From Octopus vulgaris (taxonomy: Eukaryota), in assembly GCA_951406725.2 (NCBI GenBank), contig OX597822.1, positions 8,060,001 through 8,124,000 on the forward strand: 64,000 nucleotides of DNA. Direction: 5' to 3'. Both the position numbers and the translations under genes were made by a program. Positions 1 through 11,973 of the stretch are shown piece by piece. Position 1 is the first letter of the stretch. Every line of letters starts with the position of its first letter. Under the pieces are notes generated by a model. That model was given only the letters and a program-made list of their open reading frames with translations. It was not told the origin of the DNA and searched no databases.

Positions 1-290
1 TTGTTTTGTAAATGTAACTCTGTGGTTATTCTCTAGACGGACACTCTGGTGAATAATGGTTGGATGCCTCTCATGAATGAGAAAATCGAAGATGCACCAA
101 AAAGCCTCATTGGTACCAATGTATGCTTCTCTGTCATACTGTGCATCTTCCTCATTTTTATTTATCAGCTGACTATCATTCTGCATAAGAGTGTATTGAC
201 TCTGGCTACCTGTACTCATCTTTGCTTCAGTGTAGAAAACTGATCACCTCCATCTACTCCGACTCCTCTTCTGGAGTGAGAACATTTGTG
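1..290 (-). pseudogene. Helitron Rep/helicase remnant, running off the window start
   Basis: Manual minus-strand translation gives NEEDAQYDREAYIGTNEAFWCIFDFLIHERHPTIIHQSVRLENNHRVTFTKQ. This resembles the Helitron RepHel block DE..QY...RYI..NEA.WRIF.FPIHERHP.V.HL.VHLEN.QRV.F. Upstream is frameshifted. Confidence 0.75.
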
Positions 291-1199
291 CTCGGAAACT
301 TTTACGAAAATTAAAATGGAGAATAAATGGAAAAATTAGTTACGCGAATATCTTCAGAAGAGTAATTGGAATAAATGGGACCCACGCACACGCACGCGCA
401 CACAAACACACAGAGAATATCAAACATCAGATGAAATGAACGTTTGTGTGTGTGTGAGAGAGAGAAGAGGTGTGTTGTCATGTATATGTTCATACATAAA
501 TATGCGTAGAATTTTTGTGTGTGTATGAGAGAGAGAGAAAGGGAGAGAGTGAATGTCACTTAGACATCACCCTCTCTTTCTCTCTCTCTCTCAAACACGC
601 ACACATACATACAAAAAGATGTACGCATATGCATTTATGCATGTACGTATACATACATAAATACATTGGTGAAGCTGTTTTTACGTGAAAAGCGAATACA
701 CACACATCTCTATTTTATATGTTAGATATATATACACCGGGCTTATTTTAAGCTTTAGAAAATCGAGTAAAAACACCCCTATAGACCGAAGAAGTTGCCA
801 GCAGCCTCTACAAAGAATCGAATTATATTCCTCTCAAATTCATCGTTCATGATCTTTTATAAGAAAATATTCTCACATTTCAAAACATATTATTTAGCAT
901 TCTGAAAAAAGACTGCCTGTTGTTAGGTTAGTTTAGCTGAATGGTAGAGACAACTAAGCCAGACTTTGGGAAGCGGAGATTTGGATTCTCTGTTGCGGCC
1001 ACTGGCGACTTTTACCGTCTTCATGGGGTGGTTTAAACGATTTTCTCTAATTCTATTTTCACAGCTACTCTCCTGCGTCCGAGATTTCCTCCATTTCTGA
1101 AAATATAAACTTTTTACACTTTTCTAGGTTTATAAAAATACTATTTCTTTCCTGGAGGCCTTTTGACAAATTCTTGTTATTAGAAAGCGAAACGACCCC

Positions 1200-1649
1200 C
1201 CACGTTAAACGACGAAAACTTTGAAGTCTGGGGTAAAAGACTGATGCTATATAAAAAGTGATAGTTCAAGGAAGTTGGTTAAAATTGCCGGTAACTTGAA
1301 TAGTGCCAAATAATCTAGTTTCTGAAGTACAATTTAATACTTGATACTTGGATGAAGGTGATATTTTTCAGGAACACGGAGCTCTATGCCACAGATCGCG
1401 TGCAAGACAACAGAGAATGGCTGATGAAGGTGGTACCATATTGAAAGATTTGCCATTGATCAAATGTGGACAGACCTAAAGAGAAGAGTTCGTGAGAAGA
1501 CTCCACGCAATCTGGAAGAGTTGTGGGAGCTCAGGCACAGAGAATGGCATCTCTTACCTGGGAAGATGGTGAAGATGGTGAAATATCCATCTCTTCCCAG
1601 GCGTATTGATGCAATTATTCAAACTAAGGGAAATCACACGAAATATTAA
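1200..1649 (+). pseudogene. Tc1-family DD34E transposase remnant (C-terminal half)
   Basis: ORF 1464-1649 (WTDLKRRVREKTPRNLEELW...SLPRRIDAIIQTKGNHTKY) has the typical Tc1 C-terminus. Upstream broken frames give VWG, KLVKIAGNLNSAK and DIFQEHGALCHRS (FQQDNAPCH-like). Confidence 0.85.
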
Positions 1650-1773
1650 CAATGTACAGTAGATTCTTAAAATGAACATTATGTAATACATTTCAATGTA
1701 GATATTTTTCTGTTTTAAAACTCTGGATTGGTTTATGTATATAACTTCCGCATAAGAAATTACGTTGATATAA

Positions 1774-2158
1774 TCTCTCTCTATATAAACGGCAGTTTGT
1801 CTGTGTGTGTTTCTGTGTGTCTGTTTGGTTGTACCCTCACCCTGACCACGGCTTTCAACCGATTCTGATGAAACTTGACACACACATAGCCCAATGTCAT
1901 AATTCAAAACTAACGCAGCGAAAATTTTGAAAAGTTCCCCCAGTTCTGAAAATAATCGATAAATTCGACATGGGGTCGAGAATCAGAAACACAAACCAGA
2001 GACTGTCTAGGGGACGCAACTCGACCTTTTTTAACTCTCAAAAAAATTTACCATCATATTTTTTCCATTTTTTTTGTTATTTTTTGCCTATAACTCTCTA
2101 AAAATACTTTATAGTTATTTCCCTTACAAACCTGAGCAACGCCTGGCGATACTGCTTG
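1774..2158 (+). mobile_element. Non-autonomous Helitron-type element
   Basis: A|TC 5' end at 1773/1774. Sub-terminal hairpin CCTGAGCAACGCCTGG followed by CTTG|T (CTAG-like). The 3' ~110 bp is shared with 43333-43737. Confidence 0.7.
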
Positions 2159-2386
2159 TCTATGTATAAAAGAAACTATATATGTATAACGGAAACTGAG
2201 TGTAGAGGCATAAAGTCTGTACAGTTTGCATTTGAATGATGCACCGTGTCACACATGAAATGCAAACTAGCAGTTAAAGGAGGTAGTATTATATTGGATA
2301 TGTACCCACCAGCAAAATAGATAATTTGATGAGATAAAATATAGAACATATTTTTCAATTAGTTTACAACTGTTGTATTTGAATGA

Positions 2387-2722
2387 AGGCGCGTGGCTCA
2401 GCGGTTAGAGTGTCGAGCTTACGATCGTGAGGTTGTGAGCTGGAATCCCGGACCGGGCTGCGTGTTGTGTTCTTGAGCAAGACACTTTATTTCACGTTGC
2501 TCCGGTTCACTCAGCTGTAGAAATGAGTTGCAATGTCGCAGGTGCCAAGCTGTATCGACCCCTTTGCCTTTCCCTTGGATAACACTGGTGACGTGGAGAG
2601 GGGAGGCCGGTATGCATGGGCGACTGCTGGTCTTCCATAAAACAACCTTGCCTAGACTTGTGCCTCAGAGGGTAACTTTCTAGGTGCAAGCCCATGGTCA
2701 GTGTCTGACCGAAGGGGGTAAC
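2387..2722 (+). mobile_element. tRNA-derived SINE with CORE-like central domain
   Basis: A-box TGGCTCAGCGG and degenerate B-box GCTGGAATCC, followed by TGTGTTCTTGAGCAAGACACTT (CORE-like). Confidence 0.75.
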
Positions 2723-3130
2723 ACACATTTGAATGAATGTAAATTTCCTAAGCCTTCTTACACACGAACCTGAAAGAGAAATGTTAACCCTACCAGTTAA
2801 AATTTTGCATAGATGCATTTCCTCTCAAGGCAAAAAAACCCAAAAAACCGATGTAGCCTCTCTTGAACTGGTGGGATACACATTACACATTGGAGGCTAT
2901 AACTCTTTTATTCATGGACAGGAAAAATATGTTAACTTCCCAATCAATAACGATTCCTCTGAAATTTCACGTAGTATTTTAAAGTTTCAATTGTTCCATG
3001 CCATTGTGAAGATACAACACACAGTGCGCCAAACTAGCTACTCGTCATAAATATCACTGTTAATGCAATTTGCAGTAACTATCTACAAGAAAGTTTTCTT
3101 TTTACGAACACTACAAATTGAACACAAGAA

Positions 3131-3498
3131 CGAGTAGAAACGTTAGCATGCCGGGCGAAATGCGTAGCCGTATTTCGTCTGCCGTTACGTTGTGAGTTCA
3201 AATTCCGCCGAGGCCAACTTTGCCTTTCATCCATTCGGGGTCGATAAATTAAGAACAAGTTACGCACTGGGGTCGATGTAATCGACATAATACCTATGTC
3301 TGTCCTTGTTTGTCCCCCTTATGTTTAGCCCCTTATGGGTAATAAAGAAATAGGTATTTCGTCTGTCTTTACGTTCTGAGTTAAAATTCCGCCATGGTCG
3401 AGTTTGCCTTTCAAATTAAGTACCAGTTGTGTACTGCAGTTGATCTAAACGATAGGTCCGATCCCCTAAAATTTCGGGCCTTGTGTCTAGAATAGAAA
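3131..3498 (+). mobile_element. SINE family A (tRNA-like head, internal unit duplicated)
   Basis: GAAACGTTAGCA..GCCGGGCGAAATGC...GAGTTCAAATTCCGCCGAGG..GCCTTTCATCC.TTCGGGGTCGATAAA. At least 8 copies are in the window. Confidence 0.85.
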
Positions 3499-3972
3499 CG
3501 TATATGTATACCAGCATCAAAATGGACAGATTCCTAGTTGAAATATGCGCAAACACTATTTGCATCAAATTCTTCTAAATTGGATAAATAAGTTATGTCT
3601 AGTTTGGCGATCAGTTGATCCCAGAGTTTCGTTCTTTCGTCTAAATTAAGGAAACTGAACATTTATGTAAGAGGCGGTTAACGTGTCAGGGAAATATTCT
3701 ATATACTTTACTAGGAACAGCTGCTATTCTCCGTGGTGGGAGCTGGCGAGAGAAAGATAGGGAGAGGGGGAAATGAGAGGGGAGATAAAAACTGGCTTTC
3801 ACAAACTAGTAACCATTTCTTCCCCAGTTGTTTTTGATAGATTCCAGCTATCACCGAATTACACTTTGTAGATAGACAGTCATATGTGAATAGGTTTTAA
3901 CACACACACACACACATATATATATATATGTATATATATAGATATAGACATATATACACATACGCATATATA

Positions 3973-4013
<41 letters not shown>

Positions 4014-4020
4014 ATAATAA

Positions 4021-4335
4021 AAATATTAGGGAATAAATCCAAATTTACAGGGAAAAATCAGATTTAGGATTAAATCCAATTTTATAGTAAAATAGTATAT
4101 AATATAATTCGAGACAAAACCAGTATTTTGCAAAACAAACAAGGAAAGACTTAATCAATACATAAAAATTTTTAATATAAAGAAATAAACCGCCACTACA
4201 ATCGTTTCATGTCTTCAATGACATTCGTCAGGTGGATTTTCGATCTCCTAATCTGTTTTAATTTATGAAGTGGCGGTTTATTTCTTTATATTAAATTTTT
4301 TTATGTATTGATTAAGTCTTTCCTTGTTTGTTTTG
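4021..4335. mobile_element. Short fold-back element between (TA)n tracts, with ~66-bp inverted arms 4131-4197 and 4269-4335
   Basis: CAAAACAAACAAGGAAAGACTTAATCAATACATAAAA...AAACCGCCACT is reverse-complemented at 4269-4335. A hammerhead lies at the apex. Confidence 0.8.
4193..4235 (-). ncRNA. Minimal type I hammerhead ribozyme (canonical core)
   Basis: Minus strand reads CCAC CUGACGA AUGUC-auugaa-GACAU GAAA CGAUUG UA|GUGG. Stem I has 4 bp, stem II has 5 bp, helix III is near-palindromic, and the cleavage triplet is GUA. Confidence 0.8.
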
Positions 4336-4576
4336 AAATAGAAATATATATATATATTTATATCGAATATATATATATATATATATAAGTATATAAAATG
4401 GAAATAAACAGTCTCTGACTGCTATTTCTAATTCTTTCGGTATGCGGCAGAGCAACCTGTTGCCTGCCCTTTTACTTATATACTATATATACTGAACTCT
4501 ACAGAAGTTCCCGACGCTAAAATTGTAAATAATTGCTGGTTGTCTGAAAAACCATCGAAAAAATTATTTACCCTTT

Positions 4577-4621
<45 letters not shown>

Positions 4622-5985
4622 ATACCATTGTTCCATTATTGGTGATATCAACAAAGAAAATACTCCAATACAAAGATTTAAACGTGAGCTACTGTTAATT
4701 TCGTGCATCTGAATGAAAATACAATGTTCTGAGAAGCCTGTGTAGCATGTTGCATATTTTCAGACAATCATTCAAACTTGAAATCATGTTTCTATTAAAT
4801 GATCTTCATGTGTGATTGTGTTCCTGATTGTGTGAGCGCGTGTGTGTACAACCACACAGAGCGCCATTCGGTAAAATACAGATACCAGTAACTTGCTTCA
4901 TTCAAACAAAAGAGACTACTTACTATGCTAGTGACATGGCTGAGATGTCGGAAAATATTTTGTGTGCATACCTGTATGTAAACGTATATTACCTACGAAC
5001 TTATATATAGTTTTGCTTTTAATCTATCTTTTTTTTTTTCCTTCAGGACGACTGAGTATATAGTAGAAAAAGTAAACGTGTTAATAGCTGAATGCAAACG
5101 TGATAAATTTCTCACCTCAATTATTTTGGCGTCTGTTCAATATCTACATGCTACACATGAAATGAAATAAAGAAATTATATTACACGACACAGTATTATC
5201 TCGAATTAACAGCCTGGTGATCCTATAAATTTTGAATGGTATTCATATAGTTATATTGAAAATCTGATTACCTGCATTCTGTTTATTCCCTGCTCAGTTT
5301 CCCCATTTCACCATGTATTGTTAAAATGAATTAGGTGATTTAATATGCTACTCTATTTCAAAGGAAGATTAATATCGCATAGCGAAAACACCTTTCGATA
5401 ATATTTCAAGTGTTCAGGTGGTGGCATTACAGAAAGCAAAGTGTTCCGAGCTTTATTGTTTTATTTTTATTAAATATCGTGCATCGCTAAAATAAATGCC
5501 ATCTTTATGTGCCAGTTTAGGTAAATGCTTCTACACATTCCCCTTATATATCAGTAGTCTTGTAATAGGTAATACTCAACATAGATTTAATTCTTGCAGA
5601 GGGTATATGTCATTCACTTACGAAATATTAAAGCAACACTAGCTATATAGCTACATTATGATACTAAAGTTATCGTCTAGAATGTAATATTAAAGGACAT
5701 AAATAAGTTGAACTTTCCCTATATACATACAACTTTAACAGTTTTACGCACGACTTGGTGTAATTACTGTCGAAATTTCTTGCTCTCAAACTTTATCGTC
5801 TTTAAAAAAGGTTGCTTAGATAGCTTGATTCTGAGTGGATTACATTGGGGGGAAATGAAAAATAGAATAATGGGCTTATTTACAGAGTATTTAATCAACC
5901 GTCGACTCAGTCAATCTACATTGAAATAATAACCATAACACAAGATATTTTTATCCAATCAAAACAAACAGTTAATACTCAGTAT

Positions 5986-6422
5986 GGATCTTTTCCGTTT
6001 GAACGGCTGTTTTTCTAACGGTGTCATATGAAATTGTCACCCATAATAATGACCCTAGTATCGATCTATTGCATTTCAATCTGTTTTAGGATTAGGGTTA
6101 TTTAGGGTTATGGTTAGGGTTAGGGTTGGAGGAAGGGTATCTTTTTTTCTTCACAAATGTAAATAAACCCAATCTGTTTCTTAAACGAAGGACATATTCA
6201 TACGGCACAGAATGTTTTCACCTCAATAGACGTCATTGATTGGTTGAAATTGCAGAAATTGAAGAAAAGAAGCAACAAATATCTTACAAACTATAAAATT
6301 TTCGCAATAAAACCAAGAGAAAAAGATGTTTTATAGACACATTCTACCAGTATACGCAGTTTAAAAGTGTTTAGTTACGTGGAAATTATTTTAAAAAACT
6401 GCCGTTCAAACCGAAAAGATCC
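5986..6422. mobile_element. MITE (non-autonomous DNA transposon) with ~30-bp TIRs, 8-bp TSD and internal TTAGGG repeats; Merlin-like or hAT-like
   Basis: TIRs GGATCTTTTCCGTTTGAACGGCTGTTTTT / AAAAACTGCCGTTCAAACCGAAAAGATCC. TSD CTCAGTAT at 5978-5985 and 6423-6430. Confidence 0.9.
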
Positions 6423-7406
6423 CTCAGTATTGACAATAAATCATATTCGTGCATATTTTAAAGGTGGTGAGTAATGCCTAAGCAACACACAGTGTTCCTC
6501 ATTGAAAATATTGACGTGTCCGCTGTTTATTTTAACTTAGTCTAGCAATGATTGCATGGAAGATGCATGGAAGCGTGCAGGAATTCTTGTGCTTTGTAAA
6601 TCTAGGAAAAAAATACTGTGTGGCATATTTAGCTTGGGCTGTAGTAGTCAAAAGCAAATGCGGCAACAGGAGTAGGTAAGCGTGACAAGAGTTCTATCGT
6701 GAAGAATAGCAAATAAAATAACGAATTTGTCATTTATTCATTCCTGTACTACAAGTTTGATTTGGCAGGTATAACAGAACATGAGACAAAATGCATTTTG
6801 TAATTTGTTCCAGGTTTCTGCGCATTTATTTCATATCAGTTTAAGGATTACTTTATTTATTACTCTTCCTTCGTCAATAAATAAATGATTGGCTATAAAC
6901 TTCTGCAATTCCTGTCTGCCTTATCCTCTCCGTCTTTCGTTCCCTTTTTTCACTCGAAATCAGCTACTGTTCGTGGATGTAACATTGCTAAGACCCTTTT
7001 TTTCAGAAGTGAAGGAGCGTTGAGACACAAACTACAAATGTCTTCTCGTGGAGAGTATGACAATAACTAATGTTATTGAAACTGCTCAATGATGCAGCTA
7101 TGCAAAGGAGAGAAGCTATAGATAAAGAAAAGAAAAAAACTATTTAAAAAGCAGTGATTCAAAATATTAGAACACCATTTTCCTAATGCCGGGTTTTAAT
7201 TGACTGGTAATCATATAGCAGGGGAGAGGAAGCAAGCTCTTTAAGGCATCAGATTGAATACATTCCTCTACTTATTCTTGGCCCCTACTAAGTTACCTGA
7301 AGCAAATTATTCTTTCAAACATGCGAATTCGATAAATAAATAAATATACTAGTCAAGCACAGTGATTGCTTTCTCTGTCTGAATGTTTGTCTATATCTTT
7401 CTGTTT

Positions 7407-7411
<5 letters not shown>

Positions 7412-7448
<37 letters not shown>
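7412..7448. repeat. (CT)n microsatellite
   Basis: Seen directly. Confidence 0.95.
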
Positions 7449-7453
<5 letters not shown>

Positions 7454-8022
7454 ACTCTCTTCATCTGTTACAATATACGTGAAAAGAGTCTAGGAAGCTC
7501 GCTCACAGCATCCTTTTCTTACAACATGGAGAGTATTTAGAGTTGTGTTACCAACCACTTTTCATAGGGAGAACAAAATGGTCCAAGATCGTACAATGAT
7601 AGATTGCAATGCTGCACCAAAGCGGAGAGAAATAAGGAACAAAATCAGATCAGGAAATGGAGATGCTTGAATTATCTATAAACCGTACATGTACAATGAG
7701 CCACTCAGACTTTCGTTTAACCGTTCAGTGAGCTTGAACAAGAACATTGCCCAGTATATATTACAAAGTATCTGAGTCTGATGGATGAATGTGAGTATGT
7801 TACAACACACTCATGATTTGTTACAAGCAGTTTGCAGTATATCTGGCAATTAGGGGACTTTTTCTCGCCGACTCTGGATCTTCTATGGATTGTTGTACCA
7901 TTTGTAACCCTACTAACGCCTACTAAATTCCTGGAATAACTGTTGCAACTTTTTTTTTTATTATTTTGGAACAAGGTCAGCAATTTTAAGAGCAAAAGTA
8001 AGTCGATGAAACTTACCAAACT

Positions 8023-8090
8023 AATTTAACTCAGAACGTAAAAACGGAAAAAATCACGTATTTTGACCGGCGTACTAACGATTCTGTCCT
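8023..8090 (-). mobile_element. SINE family A fragment
   Basis: AATTT.AACTCAGAACGTAA...CCGGCGTACTAACGATTCTG matches the reverse complement of the family A head. Confidence 0.6.
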
Positions 8091-8514
8091 CTAATTGCAT
8101 TATTAAATGCTGTAACCAACTAAATAGGCATTCGATCAATTGCTGTTCTTGCTGATAGAACAGATAATGTATAATCCTCTATGTGGTTCAAAATTATGAA
8201 TTGTGATGACGTTAGGTATTTAAGTTAAAAGTATAATCACCCCAATTAGTTTTAAATTTCTCTCAAAATCTAAGTCGACAGAGGGCAATAGCAAATAATA
8301 CTTACTGAAAAGGATACGCAGACGGATTGGACCAGTGATCTCGGAATTGCAAAGCAAACCCATTAAATATTCAACAATGTCGGTTTCTACGAATATGGAA
8401 ATAAAATTGATAATCCTGGTACAAAATTTATCATACATATATAGAATAAATAACACGCCTTGTTAGTAAAGTACGTGATATGACACGTATTTCTATGACT
8501 TAGTTATTTATACT

Positions 8515-9098
8515 GCATTAATGACTTATAGGCACGTGGTATTTTGTTATGTAACCATACCTATACAATAAAATATGTTAAATAAAATTTATAAGTCAAC
8601 AGCAACTTCTACTGTGTTAGCAGTGCTCTTTACATTATTTTGTTAAGGCTGTTTCTACAGAAATCAGCCAGCACTGATTTTTTGTTTTTGCTACAATGTT
8701 TCGTATCGAAACGTCAGATATAAACAAACAATGAGATCGAAGACAAAAATGAGTAATGAGCGTATATACCATATTTCGTGGGGTTTTTGCCCCTTCATTA
8801 GCATCCATCTAACCTCCTGCGCTTCTGATCCCATCCCTTATATGGCCACCGCATACAGTGGTGTTAAGTTATTGGATATACCAATGTGCATGTTAAACAC
8901 ATTCATTGAACTGGTATGTAAGCATTAATGACTGTAAGGCACGTGGTATTATGTTATGCAACCGTAATATATTATAAAGTATATTAAATATTTTTTATAA
9001 GTCAACAACACGTTCTACTATGTTAGCAGTGCTCTTTATATTATCATGTTACGGTTATTTCTACAGAAATTATATCCAGCACTGATTTTTTGCTACAA
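8515..9098. repeat. Diverged direct repeat of ~180 bp (8515-8697 and 8922-9098)
   Basis: GCATTAATGACT..AGGCACGTGGTATT...TGTTAGCAGTGCTCTTTA...TTTCTACAGAAAT..CCAGCACTGATTTTTTG..CTACAAT occurs twice. Confidence 0.85.
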
Positions 9099-9403
9099 TA
9101 TATTATGGTTCCATAACGAAATTCAGGTGTCTATAAATCATTAATGTTTACAAACCAGCTCCAAGAATGCGTTTAGTATGTAAATCGGTATATCTAATAA
9201 CTTAACACTTCTGTTTGCGGTGGTTATATAAACGACGTGCTCGGAGGTGACAGTGGATTAGATGGTTGCTGATGAAGGGGCACCCTCCCCCGAAATATGG
9301 AATATACACTTATTACCCATTTTCGTCTTCGGTCTCATTCTTTGTTTACAATTGACGTCTCGATATAAAACGTTGTAGGAAAAAATTAGTTCTGGTTATA
9401 ATT

Positions 9404-9632
9404 TCTTATTCCTTTATTGCCCGCAATGGGCTAAACACAGAGGGGACAAACAAGGACAGACAAATGGATTAAGTCGATTACATCGATCCCAGTGTGTAAC
9501 TGGTACTTAAGTTATCGACCAAGAAGGATAAAGGGCAAAGTCGACCTCGACGGAATTTGAACTCAGAACGTAACGCCAGATGAAATACCGCTATGCATTT
9601 CGACCGGCGTGCTAACGTTTCTGCAAACTCGC
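9404..9632 (-). mobile_element. SINE family A
   Basis: Reverse complement of the 46262-46672 sequence. Confidence 0.85.
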
Positions 9633-11181
9633 AGCTTTCTTATAATTTCTGTAGAAATAAATTTAACAAAATTAAGGGTTCATGCTTAATAATTTTCGAA
9701 ATGTCTGGGAACATGGAACCATTAAAACTGTTAATAAGGAGGTACCTGAATCTGATAAATTTAAAGCATGAGATTTTCCTTTTCTTTTCAAAGTAACCAA
9801 TAAATGATTTTGGATTGAAATATTTCAATAATGAAGTGGAATATAATGTAATTCCTTACACTTACTTCAAAATAATAGTGACCCAAATACAATTAATCAT
9901 TGAAAATATCAATTTCACAATGATTCAAAAGCTTGAATATGAAATTTATGAATAGACACTGGTGAAGATATCTCAGGTGGAATTGAGTTGTCAAAATTAA
10001 AATCGATGTCTTGGTTTATTGTGAACTATGCTCAAGTGTTGGACAAGATTTTGTTCTGTGGTGTAGCAAACCTTTTGTTCAACATTTTATATATTATTTA
10101 AGTTTAATCAAAGGAAGAAGGGCAGTGTCTAGGAATATAAAAATAGATTCCTGGGACATTCTAAAGAATATCAAGGACGTGATAAGCAACTTTCGACTAA
10201 AGGTTACTCGTGATAAAATGGCAATGTTAAAACAAACGGTTAATCGAGTCATCGAAAATTGAGTCACAAATCTACAAGATACGTGCCTATGAATCATCAG
10301 ATAAGGTGATGCGGTGGAATTGATGTCGCCTGCCATGGACACAAATCAGCGTTCAACGGAGCGTAATGACGATGTCTTTCATTTGCAATCTTCAAATTTT
10401 TCTCCAATCTTACAAATAGTTACCAAAGGAATACTTATGGATTTCATGAAAAATTCGTTTTTTATTCTCAGACGTCAAAGCATAAAGTATTGATTAGAGA
10501 GACGATTTTGATTATCAAAGAAATTTTCATTACTGTCAAACTTAATATTTGCCTTTATTTTTTAATTGTGTTGGAGGAGTTTACGCCTAAGTCATTTGCA
10601 GACCCTCCGGTTGATGCGAAATTTATGCTATTATACTTCTTAAACAGTTGCGAGTCGATATATGTAAGCAAGATATGAACAAGGAAGATATTCCAAACAT
10701 GTCGATAACTAGACAGCAAGGGTTATGAGAAAGAAAGACAAGTGATTTGGAAGAAACTGAATTTTGGAGATGTGAAATCAGACATAATGTCAAAAAATGG
10801 ATTAAAACTTGGCAGCACAATTTGAGGCAAGCAGGCGAAGCGATCTGTGAGCTATTTTATTCAGATCAGGTAAATATTCTATTTTGCGAATGTATTTCAT
10901 GATATCTTTAGGCGTAGCAGGAGCCCTGCCTGGATGTGAGTGCAAAACTTCCTAGTAGTTGTCTCATAACTCTTGGCAGAGTGCTAGTAATTGAAGGGTA
11001 ATAGAATATCAAGGGGACTAAAAAGTAATCAACGTTTTGAACCATAAAGAATTTGTACCGGATTTTTGCAGAATTTTAAATTAAAAAAAAAAAATTGAAA
11101 TTGTCTGATAATACAGACATAGACAAATGCATCAATAAATTAACATTGATATTTTTTTCACCGTTGTTACAGTTGTCTTGA

Positions 11182-11973
11182 TTGGAACTCTCAAAACGCT
11201 ATGTTCGAGCAATTTTGCTATTCAACTTCAAAAAAGGACGTAAAGCAAATGCAGCTGCTCGCGATATCAACGAATCGTTTGGTGTGGAAATGACTAGTGA
11301 GTGGTCTGCTCGAAAATGGCTTAAAGAATTTCACAGTGGAGATCTGAGCCTTGAATATCGTGAGAGTAATGATCCCCCATCTGTCATCGATCCATTTCTC
11401 GATCGTATGGTAACACGATGAAAAGTGGAATTTGTACAATAGTATCGTTCTACGCAGTGGTTGGACCAAAATGAAGAGCAGAAAAGTTTCCTTAAAGCGA
11501 ACTCTTCAAAAGGAAGGTTATGATGACTGTTCGGTGTTGTTCTGCTGGATTCATCCGTAATAACTTCTTAAAACCTGGAAAAACCATTACTGCAGAAACA
11601 TACTGGCATGAAATTGCCAAAATGAACGAAAAACTGCTCCGTCCCAGACTGGTCAACAGAAGATGGCCAATCATTCTTCATGAAAATGCCCGAGAACACG
11701 TTTCACTTATGACGCTATAGATGTTGGAGATCTTGGCTACGAAGTTCTTCCCCAGTTAGCTTATTTTCCAGACTTTTCTCCTAGCGACTATCACTTTTTC
11801 AAGCTCCTTCATGGTTTCTTGCGAGAAGAGTTGAAAAATGAAACTGATGCTAGAATTGTATCCAAAGAAGTCATCAGCTCCAGAACTCCAGATTTTTATG
11901 TTACTGGAATAAACAAACTTGTAACACGCTGGTAAAAATGTGTTGATTTTAATGGTACTTACTTTAATGAATA
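11182..11973 (+). pseudogene. mariner (DD34D) transposase remnant, internally deleted and frameshifted
   Basis: N-terminal HTH (RAILLFNFKKGRKANAAARDINESFG...ARKWLKEFHSGDLSLE), PFLDRMVT.DEKW, LHENAREH, YFPDFSPSDYHFF and the end GINKLVTRW*KCVDFNGTYF. Confidence 0.9.

Noticed and set aside
4524-4571. Hairpin GTAAATAATT..AATTATTTAC with internal GAAA
   Set aside because: No catalytic core. It is an AT-rich palindrome only.
5030-5171. Strong splice acceptor (T-tract CTTCAG|G at 5046/5047) followed by a 40-codon open frame and AATAAA
   Set aside because: No recognisable homology and no supported partner exon. It needs RNA-seq.
6085-6127. True telomere or chromosome-fusion site
   Set aside because: Short, degenerate, and inside a TIR/TSD-bounded MITE.
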